Shown here piece by piece: positions 41,945 to 53,701 of a DNA stretch of 54,673 nt (its first letter is position 1; every line of letters begins with the position of its first letter). Source of the stretch: Octopus sinensis (Eukaryota); NCBI RefSeq assembly GCF_006345805.1, contig NW_021833881.1:1-54673 (forward strand), read 5' to 3'. The notes below the pieces were generated by a model. That model did no database searches. It was given only the letters and a program-made list of their open reading frames with translations, and was not told the origin of the DNA. Both the position numbers and the translations under genes were made by a program.

Positions 41945-42060
41945 TAATAATAATAATAATAATAATAAAATAATAATGATGATGATGATGATGATGATAT
42001 GTGTCTTCAAATAGCACTTATTTTATAGACATCGAAAAGGTGAAATGATAAGAAAAAATA

Positions 42061-42159
42061 ATCCTTTCTAATATAAGCACAAGACCTGAAATTACATCGA
42101 CCCCAGTGTTTCACTAGTACACCCCCCCCCCCGAAAGAATGAAAGGCAATAGTAGTAGT

Positions 42160-42200
<41 letters not shown>

Positions 42201-42243
42201 TAGTAGTAGCAGCAGCAGTAGTAGTAGTAGTAGTAGTAGTAGC

Positions 42244-42274
<31 letters not shown>

Positions 42275-42390
42275 GCACAGCAGCAGTAGTAGTAGTAGAG
42301 TAGTAGTAGCAGCAGCAGCATAGTAGTAGTAGTAGCAGCACAGCAGCAGCAGTAGTAGTAGTAGTAGTAGTGTAGTAGTAGCAGCACAGC

Positions 42391-42421
<31 letters not shown>
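42061..42421 (-). mobile_element. 3' part of a Meta-like SINE (42061-42148) running into an (AGT/AGC)n array (42150-42421)
   Basis: GCACAAGACCTGAAATTACATCGACCCCAGTG...CCGAAAGAATGAAAGGCAA, then AGT/AGC triplets. Confidence 0.75.
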
Positions 42422-42422
<1 letters not shown>

Positions 42423-43357
42423 AAAGAACAACAGTGGCGACGACGACGACATAAGATTAATAAACGGAGTAGAGAGATTGGATTGTTTCTCGCTTTGTCC
42501 GTAATTGTTAGCTATGGGGTTTTATTGATATGATTTATATTAATATATTTTTTTGTTTATTTATATATCTTCAGTTTTACAAATTACTTTACACAGTTGT
42601 ACTCTACTGTAAGGATTTCCGTTAGAATCTCCTTTACGAAGGCGATATAAGGTGGCAGGGTAGTGAAACTAGGGATTTTGATATTGTTTTGATTGCGCGT
42701 GTGTATTTTAATTGTAATGTCTAAGGTTTCTTTTATTAGTAGATTTCGTAAATAGGTTTTCGACGGAACACGTTGATAGGATACCTTCAGGGAATCGTTG
42801 GACTTAGAATTTGTATGGGTTTATAGTGAAAGAGTTGTTTGTCGATAACTTGGTTGCCACTGCATTATCCTACGGTTCAGTCAGCTCGTTTCACTGGCGT
42901 TGTATGTGACTATCTAAGGTTTATAGAGACAATAGACAGGAAGTAATATTAGTCTTTTTTTCATCATGTTTTCTGTGTGAAAGATAATGCGCTTCTTTCA
43001 TTTTTTTTACCTCCGTATTTATACAACTAAAGTTACTAGGTTTTACCCAGATTCTACGATTCTAAAATAATTAATATTTGTTATCTATCTACCTATCTAT
43101 CTTTCTTTCCCCCTTTTTTCTTCTTTTTTCATTTCTCTTTTCCTTTGTTCCTTTTCCTTTTCTTTTTTTCTTTTTCTTTTTTATTTTTTCTTTTTTTTTG
43201 TTCTTTTCTTCCCTTTTACGATCCCTCTTGATCGAAAACCTACGCCACCCCTTTTTTTTGTTTCTTTTGTTTTTTGTTTTTTTCATCCCCCAAAAGAAAA
43301 GCTCTACCTTGTAACTTGTCCCATCTGTGTGCAGCCCTGTGTGGCCAATAAAGAAAC

Positions 43358-43426
<69 letters not shown>

Positions 43427-43456
43427 AATCTATCTATCTATCAAGCTATATATATA

Positions 43457-43507
<51 letters not shown>

Positions 43508-43939
43508 CATATATATGTATATACGTATATATATATATATATATATATTCACTCACACACATGCATATATATACACACACATACACATATTTGTAGGGAT
43601 GTGTGTGTATGTGGGCATTTATTGCGTGCGTGTGCGCGTATGTGTACTTTAATGTATGTATATTTACAAATCTTTTTGCCATAAAGCAGTTTAGAGGCAT
43701 GCTTTCGTTTTCCGTTTGATTCGTTGCAGATGTGTTAAAAATATCAACACGGCTTGATCAAGCACAAGAGACAAGAAGTCCATCGCCGGGGATAGTTTGA
43801 TTTCGGCTGACCTACAAACTATACAAAGGCAATCTTTCTCAAAAAGTACGTAGTACGCATATGAGAAAACAAAGCCGCACTCTATAATGTAATAATGTGT
43901 CGTACTGTAAACATGAGTGCTGGAACTATAGGAGAGAGA

Positions 43940-44098
43940 GAGCTAGTCGATTACATCGACCCCAGTGCTCAAATGATTCTTATTTGATCAACCCCCAAAA
44001 CGATGGAAGGCAAAATGAACCTTGAGAAAGTTTAAACTGTGAATGCAGGAGACAGAGGAAATGCCAATAAGTCTTTTGATCGGCATGTTTACAGCTTT
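43940..44098 (-). mobile_element. Degenerate Meta-like SINE
   Basis: GCTAGTCGATTACATCGACCCCAGTGCTCAAATG...GATGGAAGGCAAAATGAACCTTG. Confidence 0.65.
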
Positions 44099-44936
44099 GT
44101 TTTTTGTATAATGCAATAATAAACGGGATGATCACATCTAGAATGTCTATGATTATAAATATTTTCAGCCATTGTTAATTTGGTGATGAACAAAAAACAT
44201 ATTACAATAAAAACTGTGTCCATTGCCAGAGAAAGCGGTTTTGTGTATATTATGAAGATAACACACTCCAATAAGGTACGTCAGGGCTATTGAAAAGGTT
44301 GCAAGAAAGTTTTAGGAAAATAAATATAAGAAATAAGTGGAAATTTTACCGGTGAGTGTGTTACATTATAAGGCACAAATAGAAAATATCTCTCCCCAGA
44401 CACAACAGAATATTCTTATATTAGTAGTGTTAAAATGGAAGTATATACTTCAATTTCTAACTTAAAAGTCTAAGTAAAGTATAGTAGAGGGTAATACAAT
44501 CTAATTAATCGCATCTTTAAAACAAATGGCACACCGGAAGCAAACATGGACATATGTAAAATATTTAATAGAAAAAGTGTAGTGGAGATGTTGGTTGTAT
44601 ATTATACAAGTATATTGATGTTATATAATCCGTACATATTTACCTTATACAAGGTAAAGAACAATGGGAATAGCAGGTAAACACAGAAAACAGATTTTTC
44701 TTGAAAGTAATGAGGGTAGCAGACTAATAAAAGTTTCCGGACGTAATTGTAATAAGTGTATAGATTGATGAGATTTTGCAAGGAGAGACAATAAATGTCA
44801 GTAGCATGAAGATGATAAATGGGTGTTAAAACGTATAAAATATAAAGAATACGACAAGTACTTGAAAAGTGTAAACAAGATACAAACTCATATGGTCCAC
44901 ATAGGCATACATGTCTATGTAGATAAAATTCTATTT

Positions 44937-45024
<88 letters not shown>

Positions 45025-45027
<3 letters not shown>

Positions 45028-45411
45028 TTATATATAAAAGAGAGGTTGTGTGTATGTCTCCTACGATTTAGATTCCTAACTACTCCCACATTTTGCGGTT
45101 CAGTTTAAACCAAAACCGGGTATCTTATAGTCGTGATTCATATCGAGCCCTTCTGGGTATTAGCGCGCGTCTACGATGAGTCTACGATTTCAAAAAAATT
45201 ACCATCATTTTTTTCCATTTTAATGCATTTTTTCGCTTTTATATAAGGGAAGTTACTCTCTAAAAATGTCTACGATGAGTCAACGATTTAAAAAAAAAAT
45301 TACCATCATTTTTCTCCCATTTTTTTTGCCAATTTTTGGCTATAACTCTCTAAAAATGCTTATATAGTTATTCCCCTTACAAACCCGAGCAACGCCGGGC
45401 GATACTGCTAG
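45025..45411 (+). mobile_element. Non-autonomous Helitron, copy 2, with an internal ~90-bp tandem duplication
   Basis: A|TCTTTATATATAAAAGAGAGG ... CCCGAGCAACGCCGGGCGATACTGCTAG|T. Inserted between A and T within (TA)n, with no TSD. Confidence 0.85.
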
Positions 45412-45419
45412 TATATATA

Positions 45420-45612
45420 TAAAGTTAATCCAAACATGAAAACACAAAGAGAAAACACAACAACGCGACGACGTGGAACAAGCATAGTGTTATTGGACGC
45501 TCAGGAAAGGAAAGAAAGAAGGAGGATTTAACGTTTCGAGCGGAGCTCTTCGTCAGAAACATAGGAAAAGGAAAAATCCAAGGAAGGGAAGACGGAGGAA
45601 AAAAATCCAGCC
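45420..45612 (-). mobile_element. ~190-bp repeat carrying a hammerhead core (Penelope pLTR-like), copy 1
   Basis: Colinear inverted copy at 46161-46349; both end GTTTGGATTAACTTT(AT)n. Confidence 0.75.
45526..45560 (-). ncRNA. Minimal type I hammerhead ribozyme with intact catalytic core
   Basis: GUUU CUGACGA A GAGC UCC GCUC GAAA CGUU AAAU. It has CUGANGA, stem II GAGC/GCUC, GAAA, palindromic ACGU helix III, a GUU cleavage triplet, and stem I GUUU/AAAU. Confidence 0.7.
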
Positions 45613-45679
45613 AGGCCTTTTGTGATACCCTTAAAACCAGGAACTCTTCAGTACTAACTCCTACATAAATATACATCTA

Positions 45680-45990
45680 ACAGCCCCGATATCTTTGTTT
45701 GGGAAAGAAAAGGTTTTTACCGTCATAGAGACTGCCCAGCTGATGCAAAAATGTCTTGAAAACCAATGATAAAGGGGTTTATTACGGACAATTGCTTGGA
45801 AACTTCATGCTTCTACAGACAGGCTATGAATTTACATTCATACCAATAACAGTTGGTGCATTTAATTTGGTTAATAAATGTCTAAGTTAGAATCCAGGAA
45901 AGCCAAGCTCTGCAGGAAAAGAAATCATCCAGCGGATTTGTAAAAATATGCAAGTTCAAAATGTGAATTTGTTTCTGTAATCAACATTTC
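45680..45990 (+). mobile_element. Decayed RLE domain of another R4-like retrotransposon
   Basis: Frameshifted NSPDIFVWER...CPAD...YEFTFIPITVGAF resembles the RLE pattern (RPD...IE..CPAD...IPIIVGALG). Confidence 0.5.
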
Positions 45991-46160
45991 ACGACGGGGC
46001 TTTGCATTATAATGTGGGACCACACCTTCCTTAGAAGAAAACTTCAAATAATTAAAACTAGAAAGGAATATACATAAAAACATAATACACACATACACAC
46101 AAATGTATAAATATGTATAAATGTATATATATGCATATATATATGACCTCGTGTGTACCG

Positions 46161-46347
46161 TTGGCGATTTTTTCCTCTCTCTTCCCTTCTCTGGATATTT
46201 CCTTCTCCTATGTTTCCGACGAAGAGCTCCACCCGAAACGTTGAACTGTCCTTCTTTCCTTCTTTCCTGAGCATCCAATAATACTATATTTGTTCCACGT
46301 CCTCGCGTTGTTGTGTTTTTTTTGTGTTTTCTTGTTTGGATTAACTT

Positions 46348-46349
<2 letters not shown>
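46161..46349 (+). mobile_element. ~190-bp hammerhead-bearing repeat, copy 2 (core mutated)
   Basis: Hammerhead segment 46212-46246 reads GUUU CCGACGA A GAGC UCC ACCC GAAA CGUU GAAC. Confidence 0.75.
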
Positions 46350-46378
<29 letters not shown>

Positions 46379-46838
46379 TTATAATTTAGAGTATCCAATC
46401 GATATCACCACGCTGGAAATAGCAGCCAAAAATTGACTCTATAACCACATTAAATGTTCATACAGCACTAGGAGAGAAGACAAAGAGACAAAATAAAATA
46501 GCAAAAATATTACTGTGTAATTCCAGATCCAAGATTTCTGACTCTGCGTAAGAAATGGTCTGCCTGATCAGTGGAATATACAGAGATAGTAACACAAATA
46601 CAAACATATATATACATATAACATACGAATACTTACATATACGAACGTATACATACATGTCTATGCACGTATGCACACGACCAGTTTAAATTGCCCGCCT
46701 ATAACTCTTCGTGTGATATGGTCAAAATATCACCGCAGTAAATATGACGAAATATATATATATATATATATATAGATATTATTATATATATATATATATA
46801 TATAGTATGTGTGTTATGTATCGTTTATATATATATAT

Positions 46839-46902
<64 letters not shown>

Positions 46903-46912
46903 GCACACATGC

Positions 46913-46952
<40 letters not shown>

Positions 46953-47832
46953 GATGATAGAGAGATAGATAGATAGATAATGATAGATAGATAGATAGAT
47001 AGAAGCATAGTTGTAGATGCAGTATAAATATCCTCCACCTAATAAAAGCTATTTATATGTTCCCTCATCTATTAAATTCACTTTATTTATTCCGTCACAT
47101 TTAATTTTTACATGCTTTTGCACCAGGCAACCGTCTAACTGCCAAATCAATCTGATTTGCAAATATTAATTAGATCTAAACTATTTTTTATGTCCCTTAG
47201 TAAAATTCTATCAGATAACCCCTTCTTTATTAAGCTTCTATGATTAATTGTCTAAACCACCCATCAATTCCTCTAACATGTACAACAATAAATTATTTAG
47301 GTTTTCTCCTAAACCTTAATTTATTTATAGTTTCACACATCTATATGCCTGTCTAAAATTTGGAATTGAACTATGATAGACACTTTCTATCTCTACCACT
47401 GCCGCTTACTTTTGAATTATCAGGTACTGTCCATTTCTATAACTAAATAAATTGATTAAATATACTAATGATTGTGTTTGTTTCTCTCTATAATTACAAT
47501 ATAGTATTTTTCCCTATTATTAATAGTTTCATCTACCTATCTATCTCTATTTACTCTACCTATTCTATCTTTGCTTCTTCTTACTTTCTTCCTTTCATTT
47601 ATTCTATCTTTTTTTCTTTCCTATTTTTTTTCTGAAAGTTCCTCATGATTTAGCTACATGAGAAACAGACTGACTGAAAATTGTCAACAGAAATTTACAT
47701 AAACGTTGTCCACTTTCTTAGTATGGCATTCAGTCCGTTATCTGGGTTGTGAATTTTCCTTCCTTTAGACACAAGGAATTACAACACACACATGTCTATA
47801 TGTGTATATATATTATTTATATTGTATTCAAA

Positions 47833-48149
47833 GTGATGGCTCAGTGGTTAGAACGTCGAGCTTACGATCGCGATGTTGTGAGTTTGAACGGGCTGCGTGT
47901 TGTGTTCTTGAGCAAGACACTTTATTTCACGTTGCTCCAGTTCACTCAGCTGTAGAAATGAGTTGCGACGTCACAGGTGCCAAGCTGTATCGGCCTTTGC
48001 CTTTCCATTGGGTAATACTGGTGGCATGGAGAGGGAAGACAGGTATGCATGGGCCACTGCTGGTCTTCTATAAACCACTTTGCCCGGACTTGTGCAAGGG
48101 AACGTAACTTTCTAGGTGCAACCCCATGGTCAATCATGACCAAAGGGGG
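47833..48149 (+). mobile_element. CORE-like tRNA-derived SINE, copy 2
   Basis: GTGATGGCTCAGTGGTTAGAACG (A box), GAGTTTGAAC, then TTGTGTTCTTGAGCAAGACACTTTATTTCACGTTGCTCCAGTTCACTCAGCTGTAGAAATGAG (CORE-like). Confidence 0.8.
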
Positions 48150-49389
48150 TCCCAGCAGTGTATTAAAATTTCAGGGAATCGAGTAGATAAAATCCAGGTT
48201 ACATATGATTCAAAGGTAGCGGAACCTCTGAAGCAGTAAATTATCCAAACGAGTGATAGACGTAAGCTTTTCTTCAGGCCAAGCATCCTTTAATTCTATG
48301 AAGTCTAAATTGTCGTTGGTAGACCCCGTATACACACGTTGGAGATTCGATTTTTGCTGACAATTTTCAATCTGTTTCTCATATACAACTCGTCACCGCA
48401 GTAATCATCGATAGCTTATCCACACAAATATAAAATTATATATTTATTTACGCACACATTAAAAAGATAGCTAAATATATCTATGCATGCATATATACAT
48501 GAATACCCGTACATAGGTATATATTCTTAGCTATTCGTATATTTGCACAAGCACAAAGCTAAATATTTAGATTATATAAGTATTTATAATTAATACATAG
48601 GCACATACTATTGATATTTTACTAGACTTACACTGAAATATTCATGTGTATACATGTTAGTATTCATATATGGACGCGTAGGCAGTCTCTTATGCTACCG
48701 ACGGGTGAACATATTTACATTTATTTCTTGCATATCATGCCTTATAACGTTGACAATTCTTCAATAGCAATTACAAATATAAACGGCGTTAATCCACCGT
48801 ATCCACAGAGACTCTTGAAACAATCGATGGACAATGTTACCAAAGAAAAGTTCATTGGCATACATTGATCAAGTTATAGAGAAAGACTTAAATTTCACAT
48901 TTATTTGCAACTGAAACCAAGGTTTTGCTTTTGATTATGTTAATATGTCCAAATATAGAAAGTTGAGTTTACGAACTCAAGCAGTAAGACACTACTCTTC
49001 AGGATATGTAATGGTCGTATTTCATTTAAGTCCGAATATTTTTTATTATATGGTAAATTCCGTAAATCCTACAAGTATTTCCGAAAATATGAAGCATACT
49101 GCTGGGCCCTAAATTGAGACAGTAAACGTATCATTATGAACTTGATTAAAAATTGGCTCGAATATATCATTAAAGTGGATTATTTTGTCGAAACCGATGT
49201 TGGTATCTAAACATAAGTTATGAATGCGATATGAGACATGGATATAAATACAAACAATATAAAGAAAATAATAAAATACAAGCAGAATTTTACATTTCCT
49301 ACTAATATTATGTGGAACGTCGAATTATCAGTTTCACAAAATCACAGAAATATTTTTGATACAAAATATTGGTTTCATATTTTAGTACA

Positions 49390-49740
49390 TGGCCAGAAAT
49401 TTCAGGGATGGAGCTATGTCGATTATATCAACCCCAGTATTCAACTGGTGCTTATTTTATCGACGCCGAAAGGATAAAATATAAAACCAGCCTCGATGGA
49501 AATTTGAACTCAGAACATAAAGAGTGACGAAATACCTATTTCTTTACTACCCACAAGGGGCTAAACACAGAGAGGACAAACAATGACAGACAAACGGATT
49601 AAGTCGATTATATCGACGCCAGTGCGTAACTGATACTTATTTAATCGACCCAGAAAGGATGGAAAGCAAAGTCGACCTCGGCGGAATTTGAACTCAGAAC
49701 GTAGCGGCAGGCGAAATACCGCAAAACATTTTGCCCGGCA
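49390..49740 (-). mobile_element. Two tandem Meta-like SINEs (49390-49536 headless; 49537-49740)
   Basis: Junction GACGAAATACC|TATTTCTTTACTACCCACAAGGGG at 49536/49537, identical in position to the one at 22736. Confidence 0.85.
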
Positions 49741-50016
49741 TAAAGTCTCACCGCTCAGCAAGTTTCTTTGATATAGAATATTAGAAATTAAAAATACTAG
49801 AAAAGATCAAATATAAAAATGCGTAAGAATCAGCATTTTATCTAAAGGAATTCCTAATGGGAATGTGCTAAGTTAGGCTAACCGAAACAAAGACAAATTG
49901 GGAAAATACTAGAAACAGTAAATTGAAGACTGTGTTCCATTTATGAAACCAACTTTGCAATGAAAACGTAATGCATTTGTTATTACAGAAATAATAAAAA
50001 GTTTATATACACGCTC

Positions 50017-50057
<41 letters not shown>

Positions 50058-50899
50058 GTGTGGTGTGTGTGTGTGTGTTGTGTGTTTGTGTGTGTGTGTG
50101 TGTGTTGCGTGTGTGTGTGTACATACTATATGTATATGTATGTATGTAAGAGATTATATAAACTAGCAGACATGCCATGAGTCAAAGTCACAAGAACCTT
50201 TGTACAGCTTTAATGTAGGGGATCGCAAAATTCGCCATACTAAAATTATGTAATATCTGGAATCGATATGCTTCTCTATATTATAGGAACGCATGCTATA
50301 TCTGTTTCTTTCCGGGAGTAAGCGGCTCACTTCCGGTTTTTATAATTGGTGCAAATTTGTGTCTGTGCAGAGAGAAATAGAAGATAGAGAACGAAAGTAG
50401 CAGGGTTAATGGTCACAAACAGAGAAAGAGAGTAATCGAGGTATGCACTTGCACAAAATGCACATACACATGCACACAAATTCATATATGCATATTTACA
50501 TCAGCAAATTTTTACGTCCTAATTTTTTACAGTTTCTCTCAATATTATGTTGAATTTGCTTTCTTTCTGTTATTGATTCTTAATTTTATCCTCTCTCTCC
50601 CTCCCTATTTCTCTCTTTACCCCGTCTCCTTTTCTCTCCCTCTCTTTTTCTCTCTCTCTCTCTCTCTTTCTCTCTCTTTCATTGGTTTTTCTCTCTGCAT
50701 AAGGTGTTTTATAACACGTGTGTTTGCATGTGTATGTAAGAATGTGCCAGTGTATATATACCATGCCATCTTAAAAATAAAAAATACACATTCGAAAATG
50801 ACGATTCGGTTGATTAAAAAAGGCGGAAGCTGACAGCCGGAAGGATTTCAGGACAGGCTAATCCCACTTTAGTTCACTCCAGTCTGACCTTGGATGCAC

Positions 50900-51160
50900 A
50901 GATTCAAATGCAGAATCAAAGACTAACTGAAGACCTCCTTCCTTCAGGGGGTCATCAGTCTTAACACCTAGGAAACAGATGCTGACCGTCCTTCCCGGCA
51001 AACAGCAATTCATTTCAGCTGTTCCACTTTTGATGAGAGAAGGAAGACAGAAGACCAATACCCGAAATAGTTTCATTTTCTCTTCCCGACTTGGCCTTCT
51101 GAAACGTGTCAAGTATAAGCATCATGGATGCACCAGATCAACCAATCTCGGACATGACTG
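50900..51160 (-). mobile_element. Decayed CR1/L2-like LINE C-terminal fragment
   Basis: TRFRRPSREEKMKLFRVLV and DDPLKEGGLQLV resemble the CR1 motifs RTF.TR..E.ML.L.K.LV and Y.ERLK.LGL.SL. Confidence 0.45.
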
Positions 51161-51304
51161 ATGCCGCCACCGATATATATCCTTAAATCCTTAAAAATGT
51201 TTTAGCCCGAAGGCCGCGGCCATGCTGGGTCAGTAATTTAAGAAAAGTAGAAAAGTAGGGTATAAAAACACCACTTTATATATATATATATATGTATGTA
51301 TATA

Positions 51305-51372
<68 letters not shown>

Positions 51373-51396
51373 CATATAATATACATATTATATTAT

Positions 51397-51442
<46 letters not shown>

Positions 51443-51464
51443 TATAATATATATTATTTTACTA

Positions 51465-51592
51465 TTTTATTCTCTTACTTATTTCAGTCATTTGACTGCA
51501 GCCATGCTGAGACACCGCCTTTAGTCGAACAAATTGCCCCCAGGACTTATTCTTTATAACTCTAGTACTTATTATATCGGTCTCTTTTGCCC
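51465..51592 (-). mobile_element. SINE 3' tail fragment of a further family
   Basis: TTTCAGTCATTTGACTGCAGCCATGCTGAGACACCGCCTTTAGTCGAAC...CCCCAGGACTTATT...TAGTACTTATTATATCGGTC; its minus strand contains the GATA.AATAAGTAC...GGGG domain end shared with the SINEs above. Confidence 0.55.
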
Positions 51593-51627
51593 CACAAAGA
51601 CACCGGTAGAATAGGTACTAGAATAAG

Positions 51628-51706
<79 letters not shown>

Positions 51707-51940
51707 AGTATGACGAGTTGCCTATAAAGCTAAGCGCCTTATGGATGCGTAACCATTGGTCACTTTATGATCGGCCGTATATTTAACTACTTGTTAATAC
51801 ATATATATGTGTGTGCGTGTTTCTGTGTGTGTTTGTATATATACACATATGCATGTATACATACACGCATACACACACACATCTAAATAATTTATACCAA
51901 AAGTTCGAATAGTTTAGAGCTTGGTGAATGATGTAGTTGT

Positions 51941-52160
51941 GCGTCGAGTTAGCAGAAACGTTAAGCATTCCAGGCGAAATGCTCAGCTCTATTTCATCAG
52001 TCTTTACGTTCTGAGTTCAAATTCCGCTGAGTTCGGCTTTGCTTTTCATCCTTTCGGGTTAGATAAGTTAAGTACCAGTTGGGTACTGGGGTCGATATAA
52101 TCGACTGGTCCCCTCCCCCAAAATTTCGGGCCTTGTGCCCTGCCTGAGTAGAAATGAATA
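51941..52160 (+). mobile_element. Meta-like SINE, full length
   Basis: GCGTCGAGTTAGCAGAAACGTTAAGC...GAGTTCAAATTCCGCTGAG...TTTCATCCTTTCGGG...AAGTACCAGTT...AAATTTCGGGCCTTGTGCC. Confidence 0.85.
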
Positions 52161-52330
52161 TTTTTGTTTTAACCTCTTATTGATCCAGCGATTTGAAAGC
52201 CAAGACAAATCTTTTACCTGTTGTAATTAGTTCGATAGTTTCGAGGTTACTAAAGTAAGCGGCAATAATAACATTGTAAGTACAGTTTATAATAAGACTA
52301 ACAGTTTTAATTTTCTAGAGGCAACAAGAC

Positions 52331-53701
52331 TACCAGATACATTTCAGAATGTTTAGGATACTAATAAAAGAAGCAATTATGACTGTCCTAGATTGTCAAT
52401 TATAGAATATCATTAAAGTACATGTAATAAGCTAATTTGCCAACAATTTGCGTCTATTGCAGATTGAAGGAGCCGAATGTAACAGCACTCTACAAAGCAC
52501 TGCTTTTCACAACTGACTACTTTTGAGAAGACACTCGGGATGTGAATACAATTTCGCAGCTTGCAATGCTATAAATTTCGTGCTAAACTGAGCAAAAATG
52601 CAACAAAAGCATATGAAATATTCCAGGCTACTTAAGAATTAACTTGTATAAGCCGTGAATTTGTTCTTCGCGACACGAAGTGGTGGTGAGTAATGATTCG
52701 GAGAGAGAGAGAGAGGTAAGTTAGAACGTCAGAGCTGATTGATAAAATACAAAATTTTCTGTATTAAGACTGTCGTGTGTCTATAAAGACGTAAGCATAG
52801 TTTTGGAGTTGGTGTGGCAACTGTATACAGAATTGCTTATGAAAATCTGAACGTTTTTTAACTCAAGGTGCAAAGTGACGAAAAGAAAGGAAGGCGTGTA
52901 GATTACGGCAGAGAGATGGAGATTGTTACTTCCAATCATAGAATATTTGTGTTTCTGGGTGAAAGCTGCATCCACTTTTATGAGCCAGATACCAAGACTT
53001 CTTTGTTCTAAGAGAGCATTCTGGTTCTCCTAGAACTAAGAAGTCTCGGTAAAGTAACTCCACAGAGAAATTCTTGACTATCAATCCCCCTTTTTGGAAA
53101 CCCTATGGAAGCATTCTGGTTCTACTAGAACTAAGAAGCCTAGGTTAAGTAACTCTATTGAGAAATTCTTGACTATCATTCCCCCTTTGTTGATAGCAAG
53201 GGCGTCATCAACATCCTCTGGGGTCCCACTGGTCAGACGGTCGACAATTTGTGGACGTTTTGAGAGAATTCAGGAAGATATTTTATCGCAAAACACATGA
53301 GATCTTCCACACAAGTTGGTGGCACTTATACCAGGACAATTCACCAGGGCAGATTTTCATCCTGTTGACCAGGTACTTGAAATGGTCATCGAAACTGTCT
53401 GTCAACCTCCCTATCATCCCGGCCTTCTTCCCTGTGAGTTTTGATTGTTTCCCAAGCTAAAGGAAGAAACCTAAGGGACAGCCGTTTTGAAGACACAGAG
53501 AAGGTTTAGGAGGCAGTGGCAATTGTTGTGGACAACTTCATATTGGAGGAGTTCCAGTGGGGTTTCACGAAGTGGCCGAAGCACCATAACATGTGCATTG
53601 AAGTCAGAGGGTCCTGCTTTGAGGTGTATTAGAGTTCTTTGTACGTTAAAAGATGTTTCTCATAAAATATACATCTCACAACGTCTGGAATGCACCTCGT
53701 A
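52331..53701 (+). mobile_element. Decayed mariner related to 12120-12920, with a ~95-bp internal tandem duplication
   Basis: Relics AI.F.AKLSKNATKAYEIFQAT, ESCIHFYEPDTK, WKHSGS.RTKK (twice), DVLREFRKIF, WWHLYQDN. 3' TIR ...GGAATGCACCTCG|TA; the 5' boundary is uncertain. Confidence 0.8.

Noticed and set aside
44169-44275. 107-bp candidate exon (TTTTCAG| ... AAG|GTACGT; IVNLVMNKKHITIKTVSIARESGFVYIMKITHSNK)
   Set aside because: Open between plausible sites, but the pyrimidine tract is weak and I recognise no homology.
47100-47450. Minus-strand RRGYLIEFY resembling the CR1 RRGDLIEVYK motif
   Set aside because: A single short motif in heavily decayed AT-rich sequence; insufficient support.
50320-50345. 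ETS-like CACTTCCGG site suggesting a promoter
   Set aside because: Isolated motif with no CpG-rich context or adjacent gene start.
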